A DNA stretch of 34,810 nucleotides from Macrostomum lignano (Eukaryota): the NCBI GenBank assembly GCA_002269645.1, contig NIVC01004801.1, positions 1-34,810 of the forward strand, written 5' to 3'. The notes beneath the pieces were generated by a model. It was not told where the DNA came from and searched no databases. It saw only the letters and a program-made list of their open reading frames with translations. The position numbers and the translations under genes were made by a program. Below are positions 33,144 to 34,810 of this stretch, piece by piece (position 1 is the first letter of the stretch; each line of letters begins with the position of its first letter).

Positions 33144-33511
33144 CGCCAGAGTCTCCCCGTCTAAAAGCAAAGCTTCACAAAGAAGAACAGAGGCAGCAAG
33201 AGGCACAGAGAGAGACAGAACAAAGTTATGACGGCGAGTTCGAATCAGAACACGAGTCGGATGACGTAGTCGTTGAGGCTGTGACTGGCGGGCGAGCAGT
33301 GGACAGCTGCTCAGTTCAGATATTTCAGGTTCACCTGGACGAACAGTGCAAGCAGCTGCACAATCCGGATCTGGATGCGACCCGCTGCTACGTGTCCTTT
33401 GACCTGCCTGGCTATGACATGGAGGAAACTGAGACGCCACTGTCACTGCCGACTCCACGGCCCGGGAAGTCGCGATCGAAGGACTTCGATTTGATGTTCA
33501 ACTTTCAGAAG
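33144..33511 (+). CDS. RPGRIP1L: RPGRIP1L exon 8 (start of RPGR-interacting C2 domain)
   Basis: Acceptor AATTTCAG|, phase 1. ESDDVVV...CYVSFDLPGYDMEETETPLSLPTPRPG matches family LFV...F......EETP.SLPKP..G. Donor AAG|GTACTG. Confidence 0.88.
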
Positions 33512-34060
33512 GTACTGGCTTGCAGCTGGGATGCAAATTATACCTAACTTATCTTACGTATTTGGTACGCGTATTACGCTCGTATAAGCATTTATTAAGC
33601 ATTTTTTAACGCGTACGTGCTTAAACTTCAAGGAACAATGGTTTACAAAACATAACTGTCTATATACGAAATATCATTGATTATTCGAAATATTTTTTAT
33701 CGATTTAAACGGTAATTTATATGCGAATATTTGTATGTCGTGGTCATCTCGGATTCCGCACAAAAGGTACAGTAACAGATTTTTATAAACTACTCTAGGA
33801 TTTAAAACGCTCTAGATAGTCAAATTGGGACATACCCGGTAGAGGTACAATGGTGGTGTTGAGACACCCACAGCGCTTCTTTATTTAACTCCATAATATT
33901 TTAACTACTGGTCTCAAATAACCTAACTTAATGAATAAAAAATGAATAAGTAGTGTTCTAAAATAGTGTTATAAAATAGTGTTCTAAAATGAATAAATTC
34001 TATATAGTGTACAGTTTCCAATGTGCTGAATGTAAAACTGTACTAAACTATAATTTACAG

Positions 34061-34268
34061 AGATTTGACTTCAGCTACGAGAATGAGTACAACAGAAGAC
34101 TGCAGCTGGCAACAATTTTACTACAGGGACAAGTAGAGCTGCGGTTCTCGGTGGTCTGCGAGTCCAAAGATGAGGAGAGCGAATTCTTTCTCGACCTGGC
34201 CCAGGCCACGGTGCCATTGGCTGAGCTGACAGTCAGAGGGCAGGAACTCAATGAGACTTCGTTTCCAT
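34061..34268 (+). CDS. RPGRIP1L: RPGRIP1L exon 9 (RID domain, continued); terminal exon not located
   Basis: Acceptor TTTACAG|. NRRLQLATILLQGQVELRFSVVCESKDEESEFFLDLAQATVPLAEL matches family LRFTVVSDP.EDE...C.D.G.A.VDL. Donor T|GTGAGT, phase 1. Confidence 0.88.
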
Positions 34269-34810
34269 GTGAGTGCCACTTTCTGTTTTATTTATTTTTG
34301 AAAGATCTGCCTGTGTCCTTTAAAAATCTGAGCAGATGAAACAGGCTTTTGACTCGAGACCAACACTCTTGCCTGCTAAGGTAACTGGCGCTTATTTTGC
34401 TATGAAATGCCCTCCAGGCTCGCCGAAAATTGCCTCTGTTATGTGCCAAAGCAAGGTTCTGAGCGCAGTAATTACACTTTTAGGCAATTGCGCTCTATGC
34501 ATATCATGATGCAATCAGAAAATTTTCGGAGTACTCGAAGCTAAAGCTAAAGAAACCTTTATTACTTAATAAGGGGAATAAAAGAGGTAAGAGGTATAGG
34601 TAAATTACTCGTAGATAATTATAAAACCCCATAAATTCTGTCTAAGTGCTGAATTACAAGCTATTGCTGCGATCAAAAGTACGTAAGTTAAAAACAGGCG
34701 GAGGAGGCAACGTTTTGGCTTTATAGAAATAAATTTGAATTTTGGGCTCGTTCCCAGTCGCACTGCATGCAAAACCTCGCACGAGTCATCAAATGTCTCT
34801 ATCGCGTCTA

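Noticed and set aside
34330-34810. Terminal RPGRIP1L exon candidates (acceptors near 34335, 34417, 34757)
   Set aside because: None gives the expected G.L.V...A...L ending convincingly; the last exon is probably beyond the window.

Overview
Eukaryotic (animal) genomic DNA, not prokaryotic. The window holds most of a spliced + strand gene for the ciliary transition-zone protein RPGRIP1L/fantom (MKS5/NPHP8 family). I reconstructed nine exons between 5380 and 34268: seven well supported, two linker exons tentative, and the last exon not located. Intron 4 (8702-28300, 19.6 kb) is almost entirely mobile DNA. It contains an internally deleted P/THAP transposon, a decayed IS630/Tc1 element with a P-type MITE nested in its left TIR, a foldback MITE, a minisatellite-bearing Helitron and a Crypton-like fragment. 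It also contains a 10.8-kb head-to-tail chain of eight related but non-identical Helitron-like units, each carrying a microsatellite, a 20-30 bp satellite block and interstitial (TTAGGG)n. Upstream lies a 5'-truncated RTE retrotransposon with an 11-bp TSD and a clean twin-priming-type 5' inversion. The octamer GTCTATGG/CCATAGAC is about 20-fold enriched and recurs in the ends of unrelated DNA transposons. My impression of the source is a free-living flatworm such as Macrostomum, but this is an unverified guess. All family assignments come from motif recognition by eye; no database search was run.
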